From: Octopus bimaculoides
Taxonomy: Eukaryota
Length of the DNA stretch: 64,000 bases
NCBI RefSeq assembly: GCF_001194135.2
Contig: NC_068987.1
Location: 69,285,164 to 69,349,163, forward strand
Reading direction: 5' to 3'
Position numbers and translations under genes: made by a program. Under the pieces are notes generated by a model. The model saw nothing but the letters and a program-made list of their open reading frames with translations, made no database searches and was not told where the DNA came from. This document shows, piece after piece, positions 13,289-27,347 of this stretch (positions within the stretch are counted from its first letter, which is position 1; the number at the start of each line of letters is the position of its first letter).

Positions 13289-14692
13289 GAAAATGGTCTG
13301 GTATTTTTGATCCGTGTAGTTCCGTTTGTGTGTGGAAAGAAGAGAGACGGTTGTGGGGAGAGAAAAACAAAACGTGTTAGTGACGTATGCGAGGTATTTG
13401 TCAGAGCCGTAGGTTATTGCATGCCATTGTTTTTCAAGAGAGTACCATATTTCATGATGTAGTTTCTGCAAAGTCAAGAATGAGATCAGTTAAAACACCA
13501 AGTCCCTCTATATTTCATGACAGAGGACTCTTAACGCAAAATTGAATAAATCAATTGCTGGATTTTATCGCTGAGTGATAGAATTCTTCACAAAACAATG
13601 CAACTAGGTGAAAGTTTTAATTTAAACATGAATTAATGAAAGTATATAAAAGTATGTAAAAGAAAAAGTAATCGAGAGGATAAAAGAGGAGAACATGCTT
13701 AGCTTATATGTTCACATGTACACGTACACATACGTGTACAGATATACAAAACGATAAAANNNNNNNNNNNNNNNNNNNNNNNNNNNNNNNNNNNNNNNNN
13801 NNNNNNNNNNNNNNNNNNNNNNNNNNNNNNNNNNNNNNNNNNNNNNNNNNNNNNNNNNNNNNNNNNNNNNNNNNNNNNNNNNNNNNNNNNNNNNNNNNNN
13901 NNNNNNNNNNNNNNNNNNNNNNNNNNNNNNNNNNNNNNNNNNNNNNNNNNNNNNNNNNNNNNNNNNNNNNNNNNNNNNNNNNNNNNNNNNNNNNNNNNNN
14001 NNNNNNNNNNNNNNNNNNNNNNNNNNNNNNNNNNNNNNNNNNNNNNNNNNNNNNNNNNNNNNNNNNNNNNNNNNNNNNNNNNNNNNNNNNNNNNNNNNNN
14101 NNNNNNNNNNNNNNNNNNNNNNNNNNNNNNNNNNNNNNNNNNNNNNNNNNNNNNNNNNNNNNNNNNNNNNNNNNNNNNNNNNNNNNNNNNNNNNNNNNNN
14201 NNNNNNNNNNNNNNNNNNNNNNNNNNNNNNNNNNNNNNNNNNNNNNNNNNNNNNNNNNNNNNNNNNNNNNNNNNNNNNNNNNNNNNNNNNNNNNNNNNNN
14301 NNNNNNNNNNNNNNNNNNNNNNNNNNNNNNNNNNNNNNNNNNNNNNNNNNNNNNNNNNNNNNNNNNNNNNNNNNNNNNNNNNNNNNNNNNNNNNNNNNNN
14401 NNNNNNNNNNNNNNNNNNNNNNNNNNNNNNNNNNNNNNNNNNNNNNNNNNNNNNNNNNNNNNNNNNNNNNNNNNNNNNNNNNNNNNNNNNNNNNNNNNNN
14501 NNNNNNNNNNNNNNNNNNNNNNNNNNNNNNNNNNNNNNNNNNNNNNNNNNNNNNNNNNNNNNNNNNNNNNNNNNNNNNNNNNNNNNNNNNNNNNNNNNNN
14601 NNNNNNNNNNNNNNNNNNNNNNNNNNNNNNNNNNNNNNNNNNNNNNNNNNNNNNNNNNNNNNNNNNNNNNNNNNNNNNNNNNNNNNNNNNNN

Positions 14693-14757
<65 letters not shown>

Positions 14758-15032
14758 TATATAAAATCAATGGTTTCTTTCAAAAGGTTACGTAGGAAAT
14801 ATCGATCAACTTGGTATATATATATGTCGCCTGCATATTGTATGGATGAAAGGGTTTCTGCAAGAACGAAATGTAATGAGACTCACTATATTTGGGGTGG
14901 AAACCCGGGTATTAAAGCGTATTTTTCATAGCTAATTTTATTATGGGTTGGCATTGCTTTTACTGACATCGTATGATAGAGAAGCATTTGATGTTACGCT
15001 TAACGCTATATTTCTGATTAGGTGCATATACA

Positions 15033-15075
<43 letters not shown>

Positions 15076-15402
15076 NNNNNNNNNNTATATATATATATAT
15101 ATATATGTAGGTCTTTATATGGTTATATATACTTACTTTGCTGCATTTTTTTTCTGTTGAAGTCTAGCTATTTATTCAAATGTGAATACGTTGTTGCTAC
15201 TGTGGATTTTTTTGTACGTATCTTTTAAATGGTAACAAAATTTTACGTACAAAAGTACTGGTAACCGGACACATTCTGCACATATGTACGTGGTTACATT
15301 TACAAAATATCTAATTCCATATGGGAATGTTTGAGTACATATAACTACCTACCTACCTACCTACCTACATGCGTACATACATACATACACACATACATGT
15401 TG

Positions 15403-15765
15403 TTGTTGGCACTCCATCGCTTACGGTCATAGGATCGCGGCTTCGATTCCCAGACCGGGCGTTGTGAGTGTTTATTGAGCGAAAACACCTAAAGCCCCAC
15501 GAGGCTCCGGCAGGGGATGGTGGCGAACCCTGATGTACTCTTCCACCACAACTTTCTCTCACTCTTACTTCCTGTTTCCATTGTGCCTGTAATTCAAAGG
15601 GTCAGCCTTGTCACACTGTGTCGCGCTGAATATCCCCGAGAACTACGTTAAGGGTACACGTGTCTGTGGAATCCTCAGTTACTGCACGTTAATTTTACGA
15701 GCAGGCTGTTCCGTTGATCGAATCAACTGGAACCCTCGACGTCGTAAGCGACGGAGTGCCAGCAA
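15403..15765 (+). mobile_element. SINE family C copy with an inverted copy of its own tail at the 5' end
   Basis: B-box-like GCTTCGATTCCC. About 125 bp of central domain is shared with 46913-47040. 15403-15425 is the reverse complement of 15743-15765 (21/23). Confidence 0.85.
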
Positions 15766-16101
15766 TATGTATCGAATCCGAAACGCTTGAGTGGAATATC
15801 GTAACACCTACCAAAGTATTGATATTTAAGCCAAGTCTGAACGTGTTATTCGTTTCAGAGATAGAGAGAGTAAGAGCAATATAATCGAATCTAACATTAA
15901 CGTAGAATTACGCTCGTTTATTGACTCCTAAATAACGAAATGCAAAATGGACGACGGTGAGATTTGAACTCAGAGAGCAGAGAACAGGTAGGAATATCAC
16001 CTTGAAAACGCATCCAAATCGTTATTTTCGTGTGTGGAATGACAGAGAGAGTGAGAGGGAGAAAGAGCTATGGAGAGAGAGAATGGGAGAGGAGAGAGGG
16101 A

Positions 16102-16136
<35 letters not shown>

Positions 16137-16677
16137 AGAGAGAGAGAGCAAGAGAAATAGTTAGATTTAAGAACTGAGCCTTATATCCATGACAGCCTCG
16201 TTGTGCATTCGTAAAAGATAGAAGAGTTTTTTTTCTACATGGATGCTGTTGATTTTCAGACACTCATATTTATTGTATATATATTCTTTGAAGAATCTTA
16301 GCTCATTAATAAATTAATTAGTCTGTAAACATCATAGGAAAAAAAATTTACATCTAAATTGATACATCGTTGAAAGTTAAGAATACTTATAAACGAAAAA
16401 TGAAACGGAGAAATAAATAAATGAAAGAGTTTAATGAAATATTCAAAAAAAAAATTAATAAATAAATAAATCATTTGAGGAAATCGTGTGAAAAATAAAC
16501 ACTAAATCTTTAACATTTGTAAATCCTTTGAACAGAGAATAAAATTTTAATATGAATACTCGTACACTATCCTTTTCGCACAAATAGTCTCACACAGTAA
16601 AGATTACACATATATCTGTACGCGTGTGCATATAAGTGCGCATGAGTGAGTGTGCTATTTCTTAAAATCTGTACACA

Positions 16678-16711
<34 letters not shown>

Positions 16712-16813
16712 AATACACACATATATATAGTTTTGTATTAAGCACATACAAACACACACACACGCACACATCCACACACACATATATATATATTTGTGTA
16801 TTATGTACGTAAA

Positions 16814-16860
<47 letters not shown>

Positions 16861-17978
16861 GCATACACAGATGCGCACGTAAATTGATTTGCACATTAAG
16901 TGATGCACACACATTCTACAACTATTACGAATTACATCGTTTAAGGTTTTGACTTTGATCGTGACTTACGTTCTTTCTCACTCACTCTGTCTGTTTAATC
17001 TAAACAGGCAGCGCTCACCATTGGAAGATGCACGAGATTTGCATGAAAAATATATGCACTCTTTCGTGTACGTATATTTGTAAATTCGAATCGTACAATA
17101 GACATGACCAGTAATACACATGTTTATGTTAAGGCTGTTCTCGCATCATCAATATATTCTCTACCAATGAATTCATAACATATCTCTCAATTCATCTTTT
17201 AATGAATTCTCTCAATTCTTCAGCCCCCCCCTCCTTTCATTGTATTTTATTCCTCGTTGTAATTAATTTCTCGCATTTTTTCGATTTGTTTTCTCAGTTA
17301 TCCCGATTCTATCATTGTTCAATGACTGAATCAGCGAAGCAGTCTTTCTAATTACACGAACTCCCATACTATGTCAATGTATGAGTTGATCGCTAGTTTA
17401 CTAAAATATAATACCGTGTCAGTTTCTAGATATAAATTCACGAAATTTTAACTGAGAACAATAAAATTATTGCAATTAGATATTGTAGTTACACCGGATC
17501 TTAGAAGTTTTAGTGTCTTACCACACAGTTTAGAAATAACTTTAGAATATTCATTTAAGATGAAATATATTCACGATAATGACTACCATCCGCAAATTTT
17601 ACATCTCACCTCTTCATTTCTTTAAACAGGATTTTGCTTGAAGTTCAACAAATAACAAAAGCAAGTAATGTGATATTAGAAAAGTGGTTTACAGAAATAA
17701 TTTCACTTGTCTGTACTCATAAACATTTTCTATTAAGAATTGTGATTATCAAGGTAGAATTTCTCAGTCGTATTTTCATTACAGAGATTCCATTTCTGTT
17801 ACAGCATTAATTCCTCTGAAATAATGATAAATTCGAAACAATTTCTGTAAAACCTTATTGCTATTTTTCTATTCAGTATTTTGTTATTTTCTTCTTCTGA
17901 AAGTGAACATAAATCGTTTCGTTCATTCTTAAATACAATGAACCCACGATCTTATTTTCTTAAGTCAGTGGATCGTTA

Positions 17979-18879
17979 CGAGGTGTTATCAAAATGTTCC
18001 CGGAGTAGTTCTGCAGCGTGCCAACAGATTGTAGAACACGGTTGCGTGCGCAGTGGGAGTTGGCAGTGACCTTCATGAGGTAGTGTGCCGAGTGACAACG
18101 CTGAGCTTACTTCGTAAGTTGTGAAATTTGCGCTTTTGTGATCGCGTATATGCTATTGTCTGCGATTTTGTCATGGACAAGAACAAAGAGCCAGCTTGAA
18201 CTTTTACGTTGAACTTGGGAAGTCTGCTACAGAGACATTGAGCATGCTTCGGCAAGCTTACGGCGACGAAGCAATGGGTCGTGCGCAATGTTTCAAGTGA
18301 CATGGGTGCTTCAGAAGCAGAAGAACGTCTCTGGAATACCTGTCACGAGCGTCACCCTCGAAAATGTGGTATTGTGCATGGAGAATTTATCCCCCCAGGA
18401 CCAGACCGTCAATCGAAAATTCTACTGCGACGTTTTGAAGCGTTTGAGGGAAGATATTCGGAGAAAGCGACTGGATCTGTGGAACACAAAGGATTGGATT
18501 CTTCACGACAACAATGCACCCTTTAACCGAGTTCTCCTTACTCGTGAGTTTCTCGCCCAAAACCACGTGGTATCGCTTCCGCACCCGCTCTATTCGCCAG
18601 ATTTAGTACCTGCGGACTTCCATCTCTTCCACAGGATAAAGATGCAACTCAAAGATCGCCGTTTTAACGCCTTTGTCGAGACCCAGAGCGAATCGCAGAA
18701 GCCATTCGTCTCGCTTGCGGTAAACAACTTCCAGGTCGGAATTCCGAAAGTAACAAGAACGCTGGGACAGGAGTATCGCTGCGCAAGATGAGCATTTCGA
18801 AAGATGATGTTAAAATTTAGGTATATAAGTTATTTTTAGTTAACCATAACTAGTCCCGGAACGTTTTGATACCACCTCG
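17979..18879 (+). mobile_element. Mariner DNA transposon, internally deleted (901 bp)
   Basis: Imperfect 32-bp TIRs (CGAGGTGTTATCAAAATGTTCCCGGAGTAGTT at 17979-18010; 18848-18879), TA on both sides, and a transposase remnant inside. Confidence 0.95.
18173..18790 (+). pseudogene. Mariner transposase remnant
   Basis: N-terminal HTH-like LGKSATETLSMLRQAYGDEAMGR, then QTVNRKFYCDVLKRLREDIRRKR, WILHDNNAP and HPLYSPDLVPADFHLF (mariner YSPDL motif). It is frameshifted, and the WVPHEL linker and first catalytic D are not visible. Confidence 0.92.
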
Positions 18880-19702
18880 TATTTGAAGGATATTCAGCTG
18901 CCATCTTCTGCAGATCGAGTGACCAAGTACAGGTTCTTTCTTCAGTTTGTCCCCATTCATTACTTGGTAGGGGAAGGCTAACTCAGAGAGGTAAATCATT
19001 GGTACGCCAACCCCATGGATTAGATTTAATCATGTTTTTACCAGCTAACCTCAATTAATTGAAAACACTTAGCTTCCGCGTAAAGAATAAACTGCCACGA
19101 ATCGATTTCATTTATTCCACTGGCGTTCCAGTAATAGTCATTCTTAGGGGTTTAGGAAGTGTGTGCGCATGTGTACTTTGAGAAAAAAATACCTGATGTA
19201 TGTTGGGTCAGGGTCAACGCAGTCTTTCGTTCTGTGGGGTCGATAAAGAAAACATGAGTAATATGATGAAAAGAACTGACAAATGTATCAAAGGGAAACA
19301 GTGTCATACGAATCTATCTCTGGGGGGCAAAAACTCATGATAGCAACTTCATATCAACTCAATGTAAATTTCCAGTCGATAAAACTATGAATCATACTTA
19401 CTTCTTTTACTGTAGTTTGAACATAATCATAAAAGTATTGTTATAATACGGTGCAATCATATAACTATCATTATCAGACAAACATACATATGTTTGTGCG
19501 ACAATATATAAATACATATGTATACACTTACACGCGTATACGCGCACATTCATGCACAAACAAGATGTTTCCATATACAATTTTGGGTGTTTTATTTGTG
19601 AGAGCTATTGATAGACATAGATTGATGGATGTATATGTTCACTCCTCCCATTAAATCAGTTTTATATGTATAAGTATCTTGTGTATGCATGTACGAATGT
19701 AC

Positions 19703-19744
<42 letters not shown>

Positions 19745-19911
19745 NNNNNNNNNNTATATATATAACGTATATATATATATATAACGTATATATGTATATG
19801 CATACATATATTCATATATATTTTATATATATATTAAATTATATATTCATACACACACACACATATGTGTGTGTGTTACATATTAGATTATACATTTAAT
19901 ACATACATACA

Positions 19912-19946
<35 letters not shown>

Positions 19947-20039
19947 TAAATACATAAGTATATGCAAACAGGTAAATACAGGTATGTGTATATTCAGATA
20001 TATGGATACATGCATATATGTATTCGCGCGGACATGTAT

Positions 20040-20083
<44 letters not shown>

Positions 20084-21687
20084 GTACACAGACATAGATA
20101 GCGAAAGACATTTCTATTCACTTAGAACCAACTAATATTAGAAAACAAGGAAAAAATAGCGGGGATATTAGTAGTGAACCAAACAAATTTAAGAACATTT
20201 AGGAAAATTAAGCTTAATATTGATTAATTGTGACCCATGAAAAAAGATCAAGCGATACTCCTCTTGTACAATCGAATTTCTGATGTTTGGAAGTTGAAAA
20301 AAAAAATTAAAGGAAATATAAATAAATAAATAAGANNNNNNNNNNNNNNNNNNNNNNNNNNNNNNNNNNNNNNNNNNNNNNNNNNNNNNNNNNNNNNNNN
20401 NNNNNNNNNNNNNNNNNNNNNNNNNNNNNNNNNNNNNNNNNNNNNNNNNNNNNNNNNNNNNNNNNNNNNNNNNNNNNNNNNNNNNNNNNNNNNNNNNNNN
20501 NNNNNNNNNNNNNNNNNNNNNNNNNNNNNNNNNNNNNNNNNNNNNNNNNNNNNNNNNNNNNNNNNNNNNNNNNNNNNNNNNNNNNNNNNNNNNNNNNNNN
20601 NNNNNNNNNNNNNNNNNNNNNNNNNNNNNNNNNNNNNNNNNNNNNNNNNNNNNNNNNNNNNNNNNNNNNNNNNNNNNNNNNNNNNNNNNNNNNNNNNNNN
20701 NNNNNNNNNNNNNNNNNNNNNNNNNNNNNNNNNNNNNNNNNNNNNNNNNNNNNNNNNNNNNNNNNNNNNNNNNNNNNNNNNNNNNNNNNNNNNNNNNNNN
20801 NNNNNNNNNNNNNNNNNNNNNNNNNNNNNNNNNNNNNNNNNNNNNNNNNNNNNNNNNNNNNNNNNNNNNNNNNNNNNNNNNNNNNNNNNNNNNNNNNNNN
20901 NNNNNNNNNNNNNNNNNNNNNNNNNNNNNNNNNNNNNNNNNNNNNNNNNNNNNNNNNNNNNNNNNNNNNNNNNNNNNNNNNNNNNNNNNNNNNNNNNNNN
21001 NNNNNNNNNNNNNNNNNNNNNNNNNNNNNNNNNNNNNNNNNNNNNNNNNNNNNNNNNNNNNNNNNNNNNNNNNNNNNNNNNNNNNNNNNNNNNNNNNNNN
21101 NNNNNNNNNNCTGTCATTAGCTTTATTAGACTATTTTCCTTAGTCATTGTATGGTGATCGCCATAAGCTTTAAGCTTATATAAATATCATTAAGCCAAAG
21201 AAAAGTATACTTTTAATTTAAAATTAAAAAAATTATTTTCATTAAAGATGAATATCTGCTTTACTGCCCCCCCCCCCTTGAAGTCGCAGATATTTTCATG
21301 TAACTTTTTTCCTACTGAACCAAATCTCAAACTATTGATGCCAAAGTGTAGCTGAGGAGGTGTCCTCTTCAAAAATATTAACAGTTTGCAATTTAGTTGA
21401 GAACTGAATAAGTGGTGAAGCTTGGAAGCTGCTGTGATTGACGAAATAGAGGACTTAAGAATATATTCAACCGCTACCGTGGTTGAATGGTTTCCATTCC
21501 AGTGAGGCGATTTACTGTTGTTTCTCTTCGCATATAATAGCAAAGTGAACAATACGATATACCAGTAAGACCAGATGGTGAACGATTGCATGCAATGATA
21601 CATCCTGAAATAAACAGCTCCTAATTTGTGACACATTAATTTTTCAAAAATAATGTTAATATATACATGCATACATACATACATATA

Positions 21688-21732
<45 letters not shown>

Positions 21733-22541
21733 TTTATATAGAAAAGTAGATGACGGAGTAGATGAACTACTTGTAGCGTAACCTTACGAATCACAGAAAA
21801 AAATTGCTTAAATTTAACTTTACGTCGCAACCAATGGGTTGTTAGTCGACTATCTTATCTGTTCTTACGTATTGTCTACAATTGGTATAGATGAGACACT
21901 AAAACGAGGTAATTGCCATAATTTAGAGCATCCGTGCAATTGATTGAGGTCTTCAGGAATACTATAATACATTCCAGATGTTGTTAGTTTCATAGCAGTT
22001 TGTAATCATTATCAGAAAGGAAAAGAAAGAATGATATCAGCACGTAATACTATCTTACTCCAATTCTTCTGAGTAGTACACTGAATATAAAGGAGTTAGA
22101 AAGTTATGTCTTTCTTTATCTATGTATAGTTTGTTGCTTATTCATAAAGTCTAATTTTTAAAGAGAGGGTAATACTTTACATGCCTATCTTAAGGGAAAT
22201 GATTTGGGAAACCAAATAAAATGAGTACAAGTAAAAATCGAATCCGGGTCGAGAGCTCGGATTACTAGGAGATTCCTTCTATTCTACTATTGTACAGTGT
22301 TCGCTACCTTAATGTATAATGGATATTTTCTTCGGGGGGATTCCTTCACGTTGCATTATTGCATACAAGATATCACTATCGATAATGTTACAAATCTTTC
22401 CCTTCCTCCTCATCAATTTTCATGTACAATGTTTATGTACAACAAGGCATTTTACTGTACTGATTCTTCGATTAAGATCATCTGTGTGATTATGCGACCT
22501 GCGTAAAACTGTGTTTGTTCGCTCCAAAACTCACACACACA

Positions 22542-22628
<87 letters not shown>

Positions 22629-23419
22629 GCATACGCACAGACGCATGCAAACACACAAGCACTCGCACGCAGACACAAATAATCTAGACTCCCCGTCTCT
22701 CGTTCATTATCTAGTCTCTCAGTTTCTTCTCATTCGTCTAACATTCTTTCTGTTTCGCATTTTCATTTACTTGGTTGCTATATAACTTTCATTCGATTTA
22801 GTTTTACACAGTTTCTACCCCACCCTACTTTATTGCAAAATACCCACCACCACCACCACCTATATTTATAGTTCTGCTTTTGTACTTTTGTTAAGCTTTA
22901 GGGGAAAATTAGGAAGATATGTTAAAGAAAAATTCACATTGCAAAAGAGTACGCGAACACTTTTGTTGTTCCCCTCTGAACCATTTATATATTTCAAACA
23001 ACATATCCAACTCATAAATCTATCTCACTCAATATGAATCTCTAAGATCACTACCAACAGCAACGTCAAAACCAACAGCGCCTCAATATTAACACTGGCA
23101 TCACGATATGTCTAATATTACGTTAGTGATATTTAGAGAGGGATTTCTTGTACAGGTCTGAGCAGCATCGTTTTCAGGAAGACTGGCAGTTGCTAATGCA
23201 TGGAAGGCACCTCCTATCCAGGCCGCTTAATTATCTAAGTAAAATACCACTACAGTAGGTGCGATACAGTATAGTGCCAGTGTCATCGAAGCAATGCTAC
23301 CAGAATGCAAAACGTCGGTACAGATACTACAAGTCATCGTAGCCAACGCTCTAAGATTTGTCCCAGTCCATTGCTTAGGGCTTGTATTTTATTATTGTCT
23401 CCGAAACAATAAAAGCCAA

Positions 23420-23525
23420 ACTTTACGCTTAGTGGGATTTGAACTGAGAGTGCAAGGAATCAAAAGAGATTCCGCGGGATATTCTCGCCAATATTCTACC
23501 GATTGCATCAATTCGCTGCTTTATC
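23420..23525 (-). mobile_element. SINE family B, old degraded fragment
   Basis: GGGATTTGAACTGAGAGTG...ACCGATTGCATCAATTCGCTGC is weakly colinear with family B. Confidence 0.5.
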
Positions 23526-23764
23526 AAATACGGTAATTTTTTGTCCAGTCTTTAATTTTACTACGGACTCTCAAATACCCAAATGCTCCATCTTACATTT
23601 TAGCTTAAGTTTAAAAACTTTGTGATCGTTTGCTATTAGCATATCTTATTACATTTATTATATTCATTTATAAGAACATTGTTTTAATATCCTGTACACT
23701 GACACTCAAATCATTTTCCCGTTAACTGTTTATATAAATAATTCGTTATCACTTCTATGCCGTT

Positions 23765-23945
23765 CGTTCGCACCGGGTCAGCTTTGATAAGATAGATTGA
23801 TAATCAAAAGCATCCCAAAGATATTTATTTGACTAACAGTTAATTAAATAATACACTAATTAAATAATACACTATGTCCTTCCAGTATTGTGTGATTGAG
23901 GGAAATTTAGTTGCTATTTCCAGAAAACTCACTGAACTCAGACAA
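23765..23945 (+). mobile_element. Family D copy
   Basis: GGGTCAGCTTTGAT...GATAATCAAAAGCATCCCA and GATTGAGGGAAATTTAGTTGCTATTTCCAG. Confidence 0.55.
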
Positions 23946-24353
23946 GCTTCGAAACTGGTGAAGATCTAAAGAAACTCAAGTTAAAATTCCTATATTTCCT
24001 TGGTAAATTTAATTAATATCTTCAATAGATTTGTGGATATAATAATTTACATATTAAAAAAATATTTGAAATTTTCGACTTCATGCTTGATCACACGTTG
24101 GCTTTTATTAAAGAGCTATTCTGAGAATATGTATCGAATGTAAATTATGGTTGAAACAAGAATATAGTGCGAAAATTTGAAACTAGTAGCACAATCTTAG
24201 AATTTCATTGTAGATCATAATTATAAAGTGTAACTACCCTGTATTTATATCTATGTAGGTAAACGTCTCTGCTAAGAAATAAGCCTTTTTTGAAATGGAA
24301 ACCATCGAACAATTCGTCACTAGGCCGACGCGCTATAGATTCAGTCAACTAGA

Positions 24354-24405
<52 letters not shown>

Positions 24406-25439
24406 NNNNNNNNNNNNNNNNNNNNNNNNNNNNNNNNNNNNNNNNNNNNNNNNNNNNNNNNNNNNNNNNNNNNNNNNNNNNNNNNNNNNNNNNNNNNNNN
24501 TATATATATATATATATGTACATAACTTTAGAATAAATTAGTGAAAGAAGAAATGATAGTGGAGAGTGAGTTGGCACGAAAATAAAGAAACGGGTTTATA
24601 AGGAATAACAAGAATACATTAAATGAGAAATAGAAGATAGAAGAAAATAATGGATGTGAAAATAAGAGGAAAATGGTAAAGAAAATAAAAATACAAGAAA
24701 ATTAATTAAAAAATAATAATTGAGACAAATGAGAGAAATGTAGAAAATGTATAATGAAATAAAAGAGTAGAAATGAAAAAAAAAATTACGAGCTCTCGAA
24801 ACATATAAAGTAAAATAACACACATTAAGAATAAGGAAAATACAAATATAGTGCATATAATAAATATAGAGTAGGAGAAACGGAATATCTAGAAAAATGG
24901 GGAAAATTAATAAAAACAGAGAAAAATTGAAAAATAGAGAAATAAAATATTTGTGATAATAAAACATCAACGGAAAACAAATTTTGAAGAATTGCCACAA
25001 GAAAGTAAAGGGAAACAGAAAACAGAATGAAAAGAAGAAGTAAACTCTTTGTTTTAAAATAATTACGCATTTAATAATTAGGGTGAGTGCGGCGAACGCT
25101 CTGGAGCAAACCCTAAGCTCCCAGCAAACTGAGACCGCTAAGTGGTTTCAAATTTGGGCCGAAGCCATTTCACATTCCACATGTCACTTATTCCCTTAGA
25201 ACAGAATTGAACGTCATACTTCCATTTCCCCTACCGCTGAATATGTAGTGCCTCTATAAATATCTTAAACAAAATAAGAAGACTCAGTTGCGTAGATCAA
25301 TAAGTACGTTCTTCGTGAGCGAATGACACACTAATGCCTTTGAGAAAGTCATGAACGATACAAAAAAAAAAAAAATTTTTCAGTAAGGAATATAAAATCA
25401 AGTTGAGATAGCAAAGCTTCGCTTGGCAACCATGAGTAT

Positions 25440-25735
25440 CTGTATTAGACCGGAGCCGTTTAATGCCTTGTAAGTGGATATGGTAGACGGAAACTGTATG
25501 GAGGACCATCGTATATGTGTTTATATTTCTGTCTCAAAGTTTTGTCTTTCTGTCTCAATGTTTGCTTAACTGTGTGAGTATGTTTGTGTCCCTTTAACAG
25601 CGGTTTGAACAAAGAATGTTAGAATAAGTACCAGACTAGTGTTAAAATAACCATACTGTGTTCCTTTTGATCAACTAAACAATGCTGCGCCATCTTGGCC
25701 TCAGTCCGATGACAATAACAAGGAAAATAAATATA
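25440..25735 (+). mobile_element. SINE family A, degraded
   Basis: GCCTTGTAAGTGGATATGGTAGACGGAAACTG and TAGAATAAGTACCAGACT match family A. Confidence 0.7.
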
Positions 25736-26736
25736 GAGAAAAGAGAATTTTGCTGAAGGTTTAGGTAAACATATTGTCAGGATGTATTTTGCTGTTCATC
25801 TACACAGGATTCTTGAAACAAACACTAGTCATTCGTTGACGAGACAAGCATCCTCCGTACGATTCCTGGCAGAAATCTGAGAGAATGTAAATTAGTTTAT
25901 AAAGAAGAATTTCAAATTGCCAAATCCCTTGTTTAAATGATTTGAGGGGCGGGGTTGTCATGTTAATATCCTAAACAATCTGCTACAAACTAAATCCTTT
26001 TGATATCACAGACATATAACCGACTAAAAAATGGAAAGAATAGCACACACTGGATAATGTATTCTCAGATATATTATACTTGATAACAAAAAAGATGGGA
26101 TGCCTTATATCAGGAATACATTTGATTCCAAAATTGCTCTATCAGGACTTTGAATTAAACAACCACTGGAATTGTTTCCCAATTTCGTTTTGTTCAGTTT
26201 AGTTCTAAGATGCAAAACGATGAAGTTAGAGACTCGACGAAAAATAAAAACCACTGGTATTTTAATATTGGACAAAGACAAAAATAAAACGATGATAACT
26301 ATGTCCAAAACATTCCCCAGGACTATTTTGAAATTAATATGAAAAGGAAAAAAAAAAGCCATAACACTGCAAATTAAGAATGAAGTAAAATGAAAAGTTT
26401 TCTATGATTACCTTGTCAATGATTGTGAAAATAACAGAAATAATGACGAAGTAGACGAACGAAAATCTAGACATTTCAGTTTAGCGGACAGCATCAACAG
26501 TAACAGGAACAACACACTCAAGAACAAATATACATCATTAACTAGAGACTATTTTGTTTTTAATATTTTCTTTCGAAGGAGATCACAGCATTTGTAGGAA
26601 ATAATAAGAATATAAATAAAAAGATGCAGTAACCAGGAACTTGGAAAAAAATAATGAACACTTCAAATAATGCTTGTGTGTGCGCGTGCGTGTACTTGTC
26701 CGTCTGTGAGTGTATATGCACACACATACCAACACA

Positions 26737-26776
<40 letters not shown>

Positions 26777-27295
26777 GTGAGAAAAATAAGCTGAAAGTTT
26801 GACAGATAGGTCGTCGAAACATTTATCTTGGAAGAAAGATGATTTTATATATAGAAATCACTCATTCATTCACACACACACACACATATACACACATATA
26901 CACACACGCAAGTTCTATATATATATATATATATATATATACGTGCATGGAGGAGATATTTACCAGTGCATATATAAATGAATATAATGTATATACAAAT
27001 GTTTCTATATGAATAAGTATATAAATATAAGTGCGTGCATGTGTGTCTGTAAGTGTGTCTATGTGAGTGTACATGTGTGTGCATATATGGATGACAGTTT
27101 CTCTTATTCAAAATTCTAGGGTTAAAGATGCATACAGACACTTACGCGCGTGCGAACACACACGCGCGCGCGCAAAGACGCAGGGACACAATCACATTCA
27201 TGCGAATACTCTGAAAGATAGACTGGTTTACAACCAGGAAGACATGCATTTATAAGAGTATGTATGTGTTGAAATAGTCAATACCAGGGTGATGC

Positions 27296-27347
<52 letters not shown>

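Noticed and set aside
17008-17075. Acceptor followed by the frame QRSPLEDARDLHEKYMHSF
   Set aside because: Only weak donors follow and there is no recognisable homology.
22377-22384. DRE motif TATCGATA
   Set aside because: Single AT-rich 8-mer without promoter context.
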